DNA from: Jimgerdemannia flammicorona
Lineage: Eukaryota
Direction: 5' to 3'
DNA: 45,243 nucleotides
Assembly (NCBI GenBank): GCA_003990765.1
Contig: RBNJ01000063.1
Coordinates: 1-45,243, forward strand
Numbering within the stretch: position 1 is the stretch's first letter; each line of letters opens with the position of its first letter. Made by a program: the position numbers and the translations under genes. This document shows, piece by piece, positions 1-11,842 of the stretch. Under the pieces are notes generated by a model that worked only from the letters and a program-made list of their open reading frames with translations, was not told where the DNA came from and made no database searches.

Positions 1-492
1 CTTATTATTATTAATTTATTACTACTTGATAATTCTTTAAATAGTATAATATATAGTATAAAATAGAAATATAAATAAAAAAAAAAATAAATATTTGATT
101 ATAGTATCTGAATTTAATTCTCAAATATAATATAGTCTTATAAATAACAGTTATTTCAGTAATATAAAAAATTTTAACAACTACTAAAGATTTTGCAGAT
201 ATCAAAATATTCATAATCATCAAAATCCTAATAGATGTTAAAAGATTTAATATTTACAAAAAAGTAACTTATAACTTAGCTATCTTATAGCTAGTAAACT
301 TATATAAATATCTCAGTATCTATAGTAAATAAATCTCAGATTAAAATAGTTTAAAAGTAAAGAGAAAGCAAAAGAACTATATAGTAAGTCTGTAGATAGA
401 TATACTTCAAACTTATCTATTACTATATCTTAAGAACTCTGCAAAGTTAAAAAAGATCAAGTTTTTAAAATATAGAAATCTAATATACTTAT
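1..492 (+). mobile_element. Highly degraded AT-rich LTR remnant of an older Gypsy-A-related element (continues at 23356)
   Basis: Patchy similarity to the reverse complement of the Gypsy-A LTR (aatctcagattaaaatagtttaaaag vs aatctaagagataacaagacagtttaaag). A matching PBS/leader resumes at ~23382. Confidence 0.4.
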
Positions 493-2051
493 TGTTATAT
501 AGTAGTTACTGAGTTCTTCAAATATACCAGATTCTCTTCAAGGTGTATCTCTTAGATTAACTCAAGTTTGTTATAAGCAAGTTCTTATTGGAGTGTCTTC
601 CCAAGGTCTTATAGTCCTCAAACTTCTTATCTTTAAACTGTCTTGTTATCTCTTAGATTGCTTGTAAGAAAGTATATATATTGCACTAAGTAGACTAAGT
701 AGACTGACTTTATTTCAGAGGAAATAAGAGAGGTATTTATACAAAATATAATTCAATAATTGCTAAGATATAAAGCTAAATATAAATTCCAATAACTAAA
801 ATAAAATACCAGAATAGAAAAAACTGCTAAGTTCCAGAGTCAGTACTGATGATTATACAGATTCAGGATACTGATATAATTTTAGTAGTATAGGAAAATG
901 ATACTGGAATAATTCAGTATCATATCAGAATACTGGTGTTAGCATTATTCAGTATTACTAAAGGACTTTAGAGCAGAATTTTCAAGATCATAGGGGCTTC
1001 ATTCTCATCAGAGGTTATAATGTCTTCAAAGAAGATGAGGTCTGTAAATTTGTCATTAATCACATAGGTCACATGTTTCATGTATATTACATATCTCACA
1101 TATGTCACATGGGATGATGTCATTGCCGATGACATCATCACATTCAGCAGCAGTGAGAATAAGGAGGTCTGGGGCTCTCTAGTTTATGAGGTTCTCTTCC
1201 ACAAAATAGAAGACAAATGTGGGGTCTTGGAGAGGTCTAATCTGGATGCTTGGGCCTTGGAATACTGAGATCAATCCTTGTAGAAATTGGTCTGGATTGT
1301 CCTGGAGGATGGGATGCCAGAAGTCTTCTACTTCATCACTATTGAGAGTGATAGTGAACTGGGCTTCTATAGCCACCCTGGCTTCTAGTGCATTGATATG
1401 GTAGACTAATAGATATCTGAAATCTGAGACTCTAACATACTCTAAGTTGGGGATCGACCATGGTGCATGTCTGAAGATCTGATAGATCTTCTTAGCTATC
1501 CTTGTTTCATATATCTATGGGAGTAGCATCTTGTAGCTCTTGAGTGCTGGCCTGTGGGAACTCCCAGCAGAAGAGGTTTCCTATTTTGTACTCCTACCAT
1601 ATTTGGAGGCATTTGGTAGCAATGGTGATCCTTGTTTCCATTTTACAGTAGTAGAGGATATAATGATAAGAGTCACTAGTACCTAGGTTGACACTAGGAG
1701 TCCTTTTTGAGCAGATCCTCATGGCTCTTCTGATGTCTTAGAACATCTTTTCTTTAACTGAGGTACCTTGATAGTTCCTTGATCTTGAGGTTTGGTGAGC
1801 AGTAGGCATTTTATTTGTAGTAAGTCTTTGAGCTATTTTGGGATTGGTGGGTCTTGCTGGTTACTGCTACTGCAGTTCCTTGATCCTTCTTTTATATTCC
1901 TCAAGATACTCATACTGTGATCACAATGACTTACAGTTGGTCATCATTACTCATCTTATATGCTGTATGATCTTCTTGTGATCCAATCTAGTAGCTTGCA
2001 AGAAAAGGCTGTCTCCTATACTGATGTCATCATTCAGAGATCACTATTATA
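493..2051 (-). repeat. Gypsy-A 3' LTR
   Basis: Colinear with 21792-23355 over its full length; ends tgttata...tattata (decayed TG...CA); abuts the PPT. Confidence 0.92.
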
Positions 2052-2061
2052 TCTTCCTCCT
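2052..2061 (-). other. Polypurine tract of Gypsy-A
   Basis: Minus strand reads AGGAGGAAGA immediately before the 3' LTR. Confidence 0.8.
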
Positions 2062-2369
2062 AAATAAAGATCTTCTTGAATGTCCTTATTCATTGATTTA
2101 GTCCTGAAAAATTTACTGATTCTATAACCTCTGGTAAGGGGTCAAAAAGTAGTATTTATGGACTGGTGTCTTCTCTTTATATTTTGGCATGATAGTGAAG
2201 AGTCACTCCTTTTATATAGAGTAAGGGCCTGATTCTAATCTTGACCAATCAGTTGATGGTTCAAACTCCTCTGGCTTCGAAAGTCTTATGGATGAGTAGT
2301 TACTGGTGCTGTATCTCTTAGAGAATGATCCAGACAGATAGCCTGCTGGTCATGAGACATACTGTTATG

Positions 2370-3479
2370 ATTTATAGATTAGAACCTCACAGGTAGTCAT
2401 TATATTTTGCTTCTCTTATATAGGTTCATGATACTTCTTGAGTCTGTTCCTATGTACCATGATAGGTAGTATGGTTCCTGAGATTTTTCTAAGCCAGAAA
2501 GTAGTTCTCTTAATATCTTGCACATAGAAGAGTCTTTTCTATTTGGACTCCAGTTTTCACAACTATGAGGCTTTTACTATATTTTGATATAATAGGACCT
2601 TTTCTCCGATTTGGATGGGTTCTAGGGTCTTGTGATTCTTTTCTACATTCTTTCTTATCAGTACTTATAACTTGGTGATATAATCTTCAGCCTTCTTTCT
2701 GATTTGGTGTAGTCTCTGAATTTCTGCATTGACCTATCTCTAAGTTAGGTCTAGATTTATAGCTGAGATTCCATCAGAATCTTCTTCTCTGAAGAGCAGT
2801 TCTCTTGAGATAAAGTGTGTGCTCTGTGACCATATGTCTTATAGAACAGAGAGGGCAGTTGGGAGGTAGTTATCTAAATTCTCATATATCTCTGAGATCT
2901 TTGTCAGGATGTTCTTAAGAGTCTTATTGATTCTCTCTATCTGTCCATTTCCTTGAGAGTGGTATGCAGTAGTCTTGATGTGCTGAATCTTGTATTTCTG
3001 ATACATTATCTCATAGAATCCATTGACAAATTTTGTACCACAGTCTGTTGTGATTTACTTCAGTGTCTTGTAGTGGCAGATGATTTCTTAGTATAGGAAG
3101 TTGGCTATAGAGAGGATATTGGCTTCTTGTAATGCTCCTGCTTTTATCCATTTTATAAAGAGGTCTACAATAACTATAATATAGCAGTTTCTTGATAGTG
3201 TTACTGATAGTGGCCCAATGATATCCATTGCAATGTGGTGGAAGGGGATAGGCTCAATTCTTGATGACCCAGATGTCTGGTCTTGCTGATCTTATTTCTG
3301 TTTTTGGCACTTATCATACTCTTTGATATATTAGTGCAGGTCTTCTTCTATTTTGGACTACTACATAGTTCTTTTTATCTTGTTGTATATATTGGTTCCT
3401 CCTAGATATCCTTGCTTATGTACTTCCTTTATTACTTAATACTTCTTGTATTTGAGTATTATTAGCTTTTCTCCTTTTC
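2370..3479 (-). pseudogene. Gypsy-A integrase (degenerate)
   Basis: Minus-strand translation shows PFHHIAMDIIGPL, IVIVDLFIKW, TDCGTKF, TTAYHSQGNGQIERINKTL and a decayed GPF module (KLESK*KRLFYV); many premature stops. Confidence 0.88.
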
Positions 3480-3495
3480 TGAGTGTAGTATTGTC

Positions 3496-3497
<2 letters not shown>
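3480..3497. repeat. 18-bp target-site duplication, left copy (tgagtgtagtattgtcta)
   Basis: Identical to 17517-17534; directly followed by a poly(T) tract at 3498-3543. Confidence 0.95.
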
Positions 3498-3526
<29 letters not shown>

Positions 3527-3648
3527 CTTTTTCTTTTTTTCTTGGGCGTCAACAGCGATGTGACTGATTCATGCGAGCGGGGGTGGGTGACCGGGAATGG
3601 GAATGTACGTGATGATGGGCGCATCATGATTAAAAAAAATTTTGCAAG

Positions 3649-3773
3649 GGGTATGGGATGGCGTTCTAGACTTGGCAGGGGATTTTCTGAGTCAGGATTT
3701 AAGGGAGGATATCACCACCGCACGGGTACATGTCTCCCAGCTCAATCCCGACTCAAGCACTCGATCGTGGTGA
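3649..3773 (+). pseudogene. Candidate orphan terminal exon of a host gene (VWDGVLDLAGDFLSQDLREDITTARVHVSQLNPDSSTRSW*)
   Basis: CpG-intact host-like DNA; G-rich intron-like upstream stretch ending ttgcaag, then 40 open codons to TGA; no upstream exons in the window. Confidence 0.35.
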
Positions 3774-3865
3774 CACAATGCCCGAGATCTCTTTAGTGAG
3801 AGAGCCAGGAGAAATATGTTTTCGTTGATGATGATGTGACGTAGACTGCTGTAGTGATTGTTTAC

Positions 3866-3927
3866 AGTATAGTACTATGTTTTGACATAATTATGTAGTA
3901 TAGTACTATGTTTTGACATAATTATGT
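3866..3927. repeat. Perfect 31-bp tandem duplication
   Basis: agtatagtactatgttttgacataattatgt occurs at 3866-3896 and 3897-3927. Confidence 0.95.
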
Positions 3928-4295
3928 GTATATTTGTGAGATCATGTCAAAGGTGCAAAGCAGTCAGTGAGAGTGGTATGAGCTCACCTTTATAAGCAAG
4001 TAGATTACATTGTTAAGATTGGTAAACTCCTATAATATACAAGTCTCTCACTATATTTGGATGAGTATTTTGGCTTGAAACTTGAAAAACGATCTCTGTT
4101 ATACTAGAATCTAAATTTATTATAGTATACTTGGTCAAAAATTAATATACTGCTAGACAGAATTTAGTTTTTTTTTTTTTTTAAGATATCTATTATACTA
4201 AGTAATACTCTATAATAGTAAATATATAAGATTAGATAATTTAAAGTATATATAGTAAAAGAGAACTTATATATTTTATCTCTTTATATATATAG

Positions 4296-4890
4296 TTTAT
4301 TTTTATTTTTATTTTTATTTTTATTTTTATTTTTTTATTTTATAGACTCAAAGTTCTGCAGATTGTTATTAAAAGAGAATCTAGATTATATAGACCAAAA
4401 CTCTCCTCCACTACCTATTAAACACTATATTTTTATTAAATCTAGGCTAGCTATTATCTAGTAGCTTAACTATATTAAATACAGTAGAGCAAAGTTATCT
4501 ATATCTCATTTTATACACTATACTCTTCTTACTACCAGAGAGTAAACAACTATATATCTATAACTGAAGGCATATGTCTGAAACTCTAATATATGTACAA
4601 GGTTATGCCTAAGCTAATTCATATAGCTTCTGCTACTCTAAAGAGAGTGATAAGTAAAAAAAAACTCTCTTCAAAGTATAGAATAGTGAGTAGAACCTAG
4701 TTCTCTCTAATGAGATAAATAAAAAACTTATATATGAGATGAGAGAAGACCCCCAATACCTCACTACTTAAACCTGTAGACCTTAATCATATTACTATAT
4801 CAGCTTTTAGTTTCAGTTAAATACAGCCAAGATATCTAATTTGGATAATCATAGGCCCTCTGACTATCCTCAATAACTAGGGCCTAACTC
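4296..4890 (-). mobile_element. Older 5'-truncated copy of the 1.2-kb poly(A) retroelement
   Basis: 4342-4890 is colinear with ~16344-16890 but has more C>T/G>A changes; (TTTTTA)n tail at 4296-4341. Confidence 0.85.
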
Positions 4891-4894
4891 TATA

Positions 4895-5267
4895 TAGTAT
4901 TTCTAATAAATCAAAGGTCCAATTTAATTCAATTTGAATTAAATTAAAGGCCAATTTAATTTGAGGTCTAATTTGAACTCTATTTTTTAAAATTGAATAA
5001 CTCAATGTATATCTAAATTTGATAATCTTTAGCTTGTTAGATTCCTCTTATATAGGAGAATCTAATAAGCTAGAAATCATTAAATTTAGACATATATTCA
5101 TTAAGTTATTATATTTTGAAAAATAGAGTTCAAATTAGACCCTCAATTTAATTTGAATTTAATTCAATTCAAATTTGATTCAAATTAAAAAATCCCTAAT
5201 TTGATTTGATTTGAATGACTCTTAATTTGATTTAATTCAAATTGATTCAATTCATTTAAGAGCACTA
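4895..5267. mobile_element. MITE/foldback-like palindromic element
   Basis: Long imperfect inverted repeat centred near 5051 (ggtctaatttgaactctatttt ... aaaatagagttcaaattagacc; ttagattc ... gaatctaa) with many aattcaaatt-type subrepeats. Confidence 0.65.
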
Positions 5268-6183
5268 GATAGATATATCTAATGATCAATAATGAAATAA
5301 TAGATATTTTATCTATAAAAGAACAATTGAACTGATCTTGAATTACTATTGGTTATATATTAATTAAATATTTTAGAATGTAATCTAGAATGCAGAAGTA
5401 GATATGAGTAAGTCAAAAGAAGGTTCTTTATAATAGCTCTCCTTTGATTGTAGTAATATTAAGCCACATATGAGACAAAGATTAGAAAATCATTACTTAT
5501 CTTAATAAGTCTTAACAAGGATATGAACCAGGGCCAGACTCAACTGAGATCAAAGGTCAGATATGCTGGATAAAAGTTGGAGAATATATATGCCTGATAA
5601 TTAGAAATATAATTCTATTTTTAAATAATACTTAAATAATTATTAAAATTAAAAAATACTAACAAATACTTAAGATCAAATGAGATAAAAATTTTCAATC
5701 CAGATAAATCATAAGGTACTTTTTAATAAACTTTATAAATAATCTTCAATATTTAGAATAATAATATTTAAATATATAAGATTATTAAAAGGACATCTCC
5801 AGGTATATCTTAGTTTATATCCAAGTACTATTTGATCTATTATAACCTTCAGAATTACATAACTAAACGTATATTGAGCCTCTTGAGATCCCCTTGAGCG
5901 GCATTTCAATTTTGGCCAGGGAGCGTGAAGCTCAGTCATTTGTCATCAATGACTTGAATTATTAAGAGTGCATCATGTGTATAGGTATAAAAAAAACACG
6001 CTCTCCTCGCACACAGGAGGCCCGCTTGCATTTCTAATATACACACGGGGCCATATTATATACTCACAGAACCATATTGTTTCATCATTCATCTCACCCA
6101 CATCACATAATGTCAACATTTTCCATACAAGGGAATAATGGAGAATCCATCCACAACCCCGCCATCCCTCACCTCCTACCCTC

Positions 6184-7511
6184 TCAGTTCTTCTTCAAGG
6201 GCGCGAACTGCATCGAATCCTCGTAGTTCTTGGGGTCAATTTCGCGGAACCACGGCAGAATCGGCGGCAGGTTGTCCGGCTGGAGGTCGGGGTAGTGATC
6301 GCGGATCGCCGCTTGGACAGTGCGGTAAAGGACCTACAGCGTTGTGTTTGGAGGGGACCAACGAGGAACGTATGCGTAAGTGTATGTTTGGACAACGAGT
6401 GAAACGGAACGAGGAAGTGTGCCTAAAAACATAAAACGATCCATGACCCTTCCAAACAAAATGACCCCACGCGGTGACAACCCCTCGGAAAACCCACCTG
6501 GCTCCCCGCCGGCGCTAAATGCAGCCCGTCGCTCAAGAAATCGCTCAGCGGACGCCCACCGTTCACCCCCTTAACCCTCTCTCCAAACAAGCTCATTTGC
6601 GGCCCAACCTTGGTCACGACCGCCTTCCTTTCCTCCTCCTCAGCATCATACTCCCGGTCGACCTCTTTCATAATTGCAGCCCATACATCGACAACAGGCA
6701 CGCCGAGCCTAGCGCCAGTCTCCTTCACGGCACGGACGTACTCAAACGTGACGCGGGACAGACGATCGGGTTCCCTGCCTTCGCGGCGGCATCGCTCGGC
6801 CCATGTGTCCTCGTCTAGGACTGGCGGCGTGATGAAGAGGAGGCGCGTGTCCGGGTTGTAGTAGGGCGAGATGGGCGACTGAGTGAGCGAAGCGAGGATC
6901 TCGAGGTTGGAGACGTAGCGCGAGAGGGGGACGTGCTGGGAGGAGCCAGGGAGAGCCGCGTCATTGGCGCCGAAGAACACGGTTAGAAGGAGAATGTTGG
7001 AGCAAGTGGGGGCCGTGGTTGTTGGGAGGAGTTGTTTGAGGATGGGGATCGCCCAGTTCGTGTTGTAGCCTGGTGGGGCGGAGAAATGAACGGGTGGGTG
7101 AGGTATGCAACCACACTACGCGAAACCAGTGTATGAAGAGAATGGTTCTTCCACGTACCCGAAAACCCGCGGTTCATAACGTCGACCTTCCTTTGATAAT
7201 CCTAGCGCACACAAAAAAAAAAATCGGGTCCACAATGAGCGTCGCGTCGTCCCCGACACCAAACTCTAGAAAACCATCACTTCCTCCCGTACCTCCCATA
7301 ATCTCCAACACTCACATTAGCCAGCGAAGCTCCCCATCCAAAGTTCGGGTCGAAGCTGAGCTAATTCCCACGCCGAAAAGCAACTGTCAGTAACGCGGAG
7401 CGAGGCGCGCGGTCACAAAGAACAAAAAATAATGGTCGTCAAGTACACCTGGGTGATGGAGTCGCCAAACAGGACGATTTGGTTGTAGACGTGGTTCATC
7501 GTGATGCGCAT
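6184..7511 (-). CDS. IAH1: SGNH/GDSL hydrolase, isoamyl-acetate-hydrolysing esterase IAH1-like (5 exons)
   Basis: Spliced model with GT-AG introns gives IVLFGDSITQ, VMNRGFSGYNT, FFGANDAA and SDGLHL (all four SGNH blocks), ending ...QFAPLKKN*. Confidence 0.9.
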
Positions 7512-8467
7512 CTTTTGGTACTGAACCAGGAAACTCTCCAATTATACCAATTATAAATAATTTTGATCACGTGTTTTCAGATCTCTGAATCAGATCGTGA
7601 GGAATTCCTTCTGAAACATGGTTTGAGATATTGAGTTTTTCACAACCCAATACCTTTTATAAAGGGCTAGTCCTAGAGTAATTTTTTAGTGCTTTGAAGA
7701 GTTGAATTTAAAATTTAACCAAGGAACATTTATACATGATTTCAAAAGCTATCTAGTAGTATTATTGTTCGAGGGTTGAGAGATTGTGTGAAGCACATCA
7801 TCAAACAAGCAAAGAAGTATTATGCCAAACAAACAAAAGAAATGAAGACCACAAGATCAATAGGTATCATTAGTCTGGCTTTCTGTTTTAGGTATCAATT
7901 TTGTATTTTTATTTCACAACCAGATACGAGATAGAAATGGTGGATTGGAACGGGAGAGAAAACGAATTGAAAAGAATATAAGGCAAAATGAGCATGAAAA
8001 GGATCAAACGAGATGTGGCGACTTCGATAAGAGACAGTACACACGAGAAAAACAAGTGATTGATATGATACATAGCTCAAAGAACGTCAGTGCGTCCTCA
8101 AGCCACCAAATCGACAACAGCAGGTCCGAGTTGATGCCAGAAGTCACGAGTGATTTCACGTCAAGACCGTCGTGAGCTGACAGAGATCCGTGAGCAGCTT
8201 CGTCGGCAGACCGCAGAGAGGAAGAGGAAGAGAAAAGGAGATCCAGTAGTCAAGAAAAGGACGAATAGAGAGCAGCATGATGGAAGGAAAGAATCCGAGA
8301 AGACTCCTAACTTTCTTTAGATCCAGCAAGCCCATTCTACCGCGGAATTCTATCTACTAATTATCAAAGTAGCTAAGAAAAAGGAAATCCTATATACACT
8401 TTTACATTCCAAAATACCCCATCACCCATATCCACGTCTACAGAGCCACAACATTCCGCCTCCTATC

Positions 8468-10422
8468 CTATCGCCTTCCCGGGCTCGGCGTCCTAGGCCC
8501 ACTCCTCCGATCCCTCACGGGGCTCGCCGACCTCCTCCCGACATACGACGGACCGATGAGCCTGTTGGAGCGTGGCGGGGGGCTCAAGGACCGACGCGTG
8601 GGCCTATGACATACGCGAGCACAGAAGTTTCGAGAACACGTCAATTCGAATCCCACACACACCGCAAACCAAAACCCGCGCATCCCCAAAAGACTCACCT
8701 ATACGACCTCCCTGGCGACGTCTGCCTCTGCTCCAGATATCTCAGCACGGGCGACCTGCTGTTCCTTCTATACCCCGGCGTGATCACGTCTCTAGCGCGA
8801 TCGTACCCCCTAGGCGAGCTCCTCTCCCTGTACGGCGGGTACCTATCATGCTGCGGCGGGAGCGGGGGCACGCGACGATCGTAAGGGTCGCGATCGAAGG
8901 GGGACGATCCGTTCCGCGACGGGGGGTAATAACCCGCGCCTGGACGATCGTAGGATGTTGACGACGGAGGGTCGCGGTACGAGGACGGTGGGGGCGGTGG
9001 CGCGTAGGGGTCGCGGTCCGAGTACGGAGGACGGTCGTAAGAACGATCGTATGTGCTGCGAGGAACGGGCGGGAGCGGAGGTAGAGCGTAATCGCGACGG
9101 TATTCATCTCCGGGGCGGGAGTAGCGGTCTGAAGAGGGAATTGAGAGTGGTGGGGCGCGGTCGTAGGAGCGATCGTATGTACGGTCGTAGGCGCGATCGT
9201 AAGCGCGATCATAGGAGCGATCGTAAGAGCGGTCGTAGGAGCGATCGAGGGGGGGCGGGGGTGGAAGCGAAGGGGGACCATAGCGAGAGCCAGAGAGACG
9301 GTCGTAGGTGGCACGAGAAGTGTAGGCGCCCGAGATGGGACGGTCGTAGGTTGGAGTTGGTGGAGGACGGGAAGAGCGAGAAGAGTCGTGGCTGGTGGTG
9401 TCGAGATCAAGTGCATACATTGGGTACGGATGAGAAGGGATGGAATGGATTAGTTTGAGCCCCGGTTTGGTTTCATCGACGTCGTAAGAGTCACGTCGGA
9501 GAGCAGAGATTCGCTGAGCCATTCCAATCCACATCAAGCGGTATTAGGCCCAAGAAGTAATAGTCCATTTCACAAAGAATCAATCTGCGCGCCGTAATTT
9601 TCCACCTCCTCGCTGCATCATAAAGCACAAAAACCACAACCTCTTACCTAGTGCACTCCCTTGCAAAATGCCCGAGCCCACCGCATTTGAAGCACGCGCC
9701 GTCGCCACTCAGAGACCCGCGCTGCCTCGGCTTCCCACCGATCTCCGACAAAGCCAGCTCGACGCGAATGTGCTGGCCTAGGAAGTCGGTGCCGTTGAAC
9801 TGCTGGATGGCATCGTCACAGCTACGTCGATCTTCGTATTCCTTTGTGATGCAAACGTGAGGAGACAAGGAGGAGCAAAGAAGAGGCAGGCCAAAGGGAA
9901 AAGACATAATGAAAAAAAAAGAGGGCGAAGAGAGGTAGAAATGTGAAATGTGCAAAGGGGAGAGAGAGAGAGAGAGCCCATGATTGTCGAAGGGGAAAAG
10001 AGCAAAGGAATTTTGTGAGTGGGTCTGCTTCCTGCATTGATTGAGATGGTTGCGGGTTTAGCTTGAATCCGACGGAGAGAGAGCGGATACCAAAAAGAGC
10101 CCGGCTGTGAGCAGGCAAGTGATTGAAGAGCGCTTCCGTAGTCGCCAGGCTAACGAACCAGACGCGGTCACGGTCTCCAAAATCAGAGACTTCCTGCCTA
10201 GTGCGTAGCTCACCGTACTCAAGCAAGACGGATCCTGGAAAAATCCTCTTCCGTGACCAGAATCGGCTCAGATGACTCAGCTATGTCAGGAACACTTACG
10301 ACGAACCCGAACCCGTTCTTGGTCTCAATGTTGACAATCATACCGCACTTCCCAAAGTAGTCCTTGTAGTCCTCAGGCCTGGCGCGCTCGGGAACGTTGC
10401 CAATGTAGATCTTGTGGGGCAT
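8468..10422 (-). CDS. SR-type RNA-binding/splicing protein: RRM + CCHC zinc knuckle + R/D/S/P-rich tail (SRSF7/RSZ-like architecture; 4 exons)
   Basis: MPHKIYIGNV (RNP2), KNGFGFV|EYE (RNP1 split by an intron), CFKCGGLGHFAREC. Exons 10422-10300, 9841-9648, 9391-8699 and a final exon ending at 8468; GT-AG boundaries. Confidence 0.88.
9160..9248 (-). repeat. Coding 12-bp tandem repeat (YDRx)n
   Basis: Encodes DRSYDRSYDRSYDRAYDRAYDRTYDRSYDRA. Confidence 0.85.
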
Positions 10423-10732
10423 GATGGAACTTTTTGTCGTGTTGGTTGGAGCTGCCTGTATCCGCAAGAGCGAGCGAGGGAGTTCACAAGGGGATGCCGG
10501 CGGGTTGGAGGTTTGACGGAGGGGTGTTTGCTGACAATCTAGCATAGGATGTCACAATGCCGCGGAAGGGGAGCGAGCGGATGGGTCATTTTTTTCTGTT
10601 GTCAACACATCTAACGTCACAGACACATGACTGGTGAAGTCACATGGGCTGCCAGTCTTTGGTTCGGCTCTTTGGTTCGGCCCTTCTTTAGCCGTTCTAC
10701 CCCATTCCTTTCCTTTCCTCTCCCAACATACC
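10423..10732. promoter_or_regulatory. Short divergent (bidirectional) promoter/5'UTR region
   Basis: 310 bp between head-to-head start codons, with pyrimidine-rich tracts upstream of each ATG on its own strand. Confidence 0.55.
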
Positions 10733-11842
10733 ATGATTGCACGCTCTGCCCCGAGAGTCCCTCAGATCCTGCTTCACCTGGCAGGCATGGCTTCCTTCTC
10801 TTACTCCTTCTGGACCCTCGCCCACATGACTAACAAGGCCTCGGCCTCGTTTGGCTGGCACTTCCAGGTGAGCAACACTGGCTCGACTTGTGCGGCATCT
10901 GCTCCGTTACCAACTACGGCGCGTTATCTTATGAACTTTGGCGTCGTTCTGTGAACGTATGCACCACGGCTCTCTCGCTCAACTGTGCTCACCTCTTACT
11001 CCCCAATAGCACCTCACCATCCTCGGCCTCCTTTTCTCCACCGTAACGTTCATTATCCTGATTATACGGGACATTATGCCAGACTCAATGATAGGTGAGG
11101 ACAATATATAATTGAATTTTTATCGCCTCATATAGTAGCACTTCCTATCAGATGAAGAACTAATTCGCACATCGACAAACGATCCAGGTGCCCACGAATT
11201 CTTCACGGCCATCACCGTCCCGGTATGTCCAAACCACTGACCCGCTCCCATTCGCTCCTTCTCGAATATTCCCTTCAAAGAGCTCATTTTACCCACGTAC
11301 TAACCATCTTCCCTTTCGAAAATTCCCAGCTCGAGGGCCTCATCTCAATCCTTTATTGGTCTCTCCTTTACTACGACGAGCGCCTCCTCAAGCACCCCGA
11401 CGTCGCCGCCCTCCCCATCATTGTCGACCTCTCCTTCCACCTCTTCCCCGCCGTTCTTCTCTGGGCCGATTTCCTCTTTTTCTCCCGTCAGTTCGCCCGC
11501 TCCGCCCGCCACATCACCTACATCTTCGTATTCGGCGCCGCCTACTGCGTCTGGACTCACCTCTGCTTCCAACAGAATGGCTTTTGGCCCTACCCCATCC
11601 TCGAAAAGCTGCCCACGCCGTACAGGATCGCGTTTTTTGTTGCTTGCGCGGCGTTCTGTACTCTCGTATATGAGTTTGGTGAGTTAAGGGGGGGCTGCAG
11701 TGGGTGGAATAGAATCCCGGTCAAACCGGCCATCATTTTGCTTGATTTTCTTACCAAAACCACGCTGATTTTGTCATCAGGCGCCCGTCTTCACCGGTTC
11801 TTCAATAAACCTCTGGAGACCTTGACCAAAAAGATCCAGTAG
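10733..11842 (+). CDS. FAR-17a/AIG1-like multi-pass membrane protein (5 exons)
   Basis: FGWHFQ|HLTILGL, LEGLISILYW, DLSFHLFPAVLLWADF and NGFWPYPIL motifs; the Thr and His positions typical of the AIG1/ADTRP family are present; GT-AG introns. Confidence 0.88.

Noticed and set aside
5270-5860. AT-rich segment as a specific gene or element
   Set aside because: Probably a decayed repeat, but there is no recognisable motif or second copy in the window.
9160-9248. Regular short repeats as a CRISPR-like array
   Set aside because: They are in-frame coding 12-mers with no unique spacers, in a eukaryotic gene.
8572-9458. Plus-strand and alternate-frame ORFs over the SR gene
   Set aside because: Shadow ORFs of GC-rich repetitive coding sequence.
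9560-9615. Possible poison exon in SR intron 2 (SEEVENYGAQIDSL*)
   Set aside because: It would need a 35-nt intron, shorter than the other introns here.
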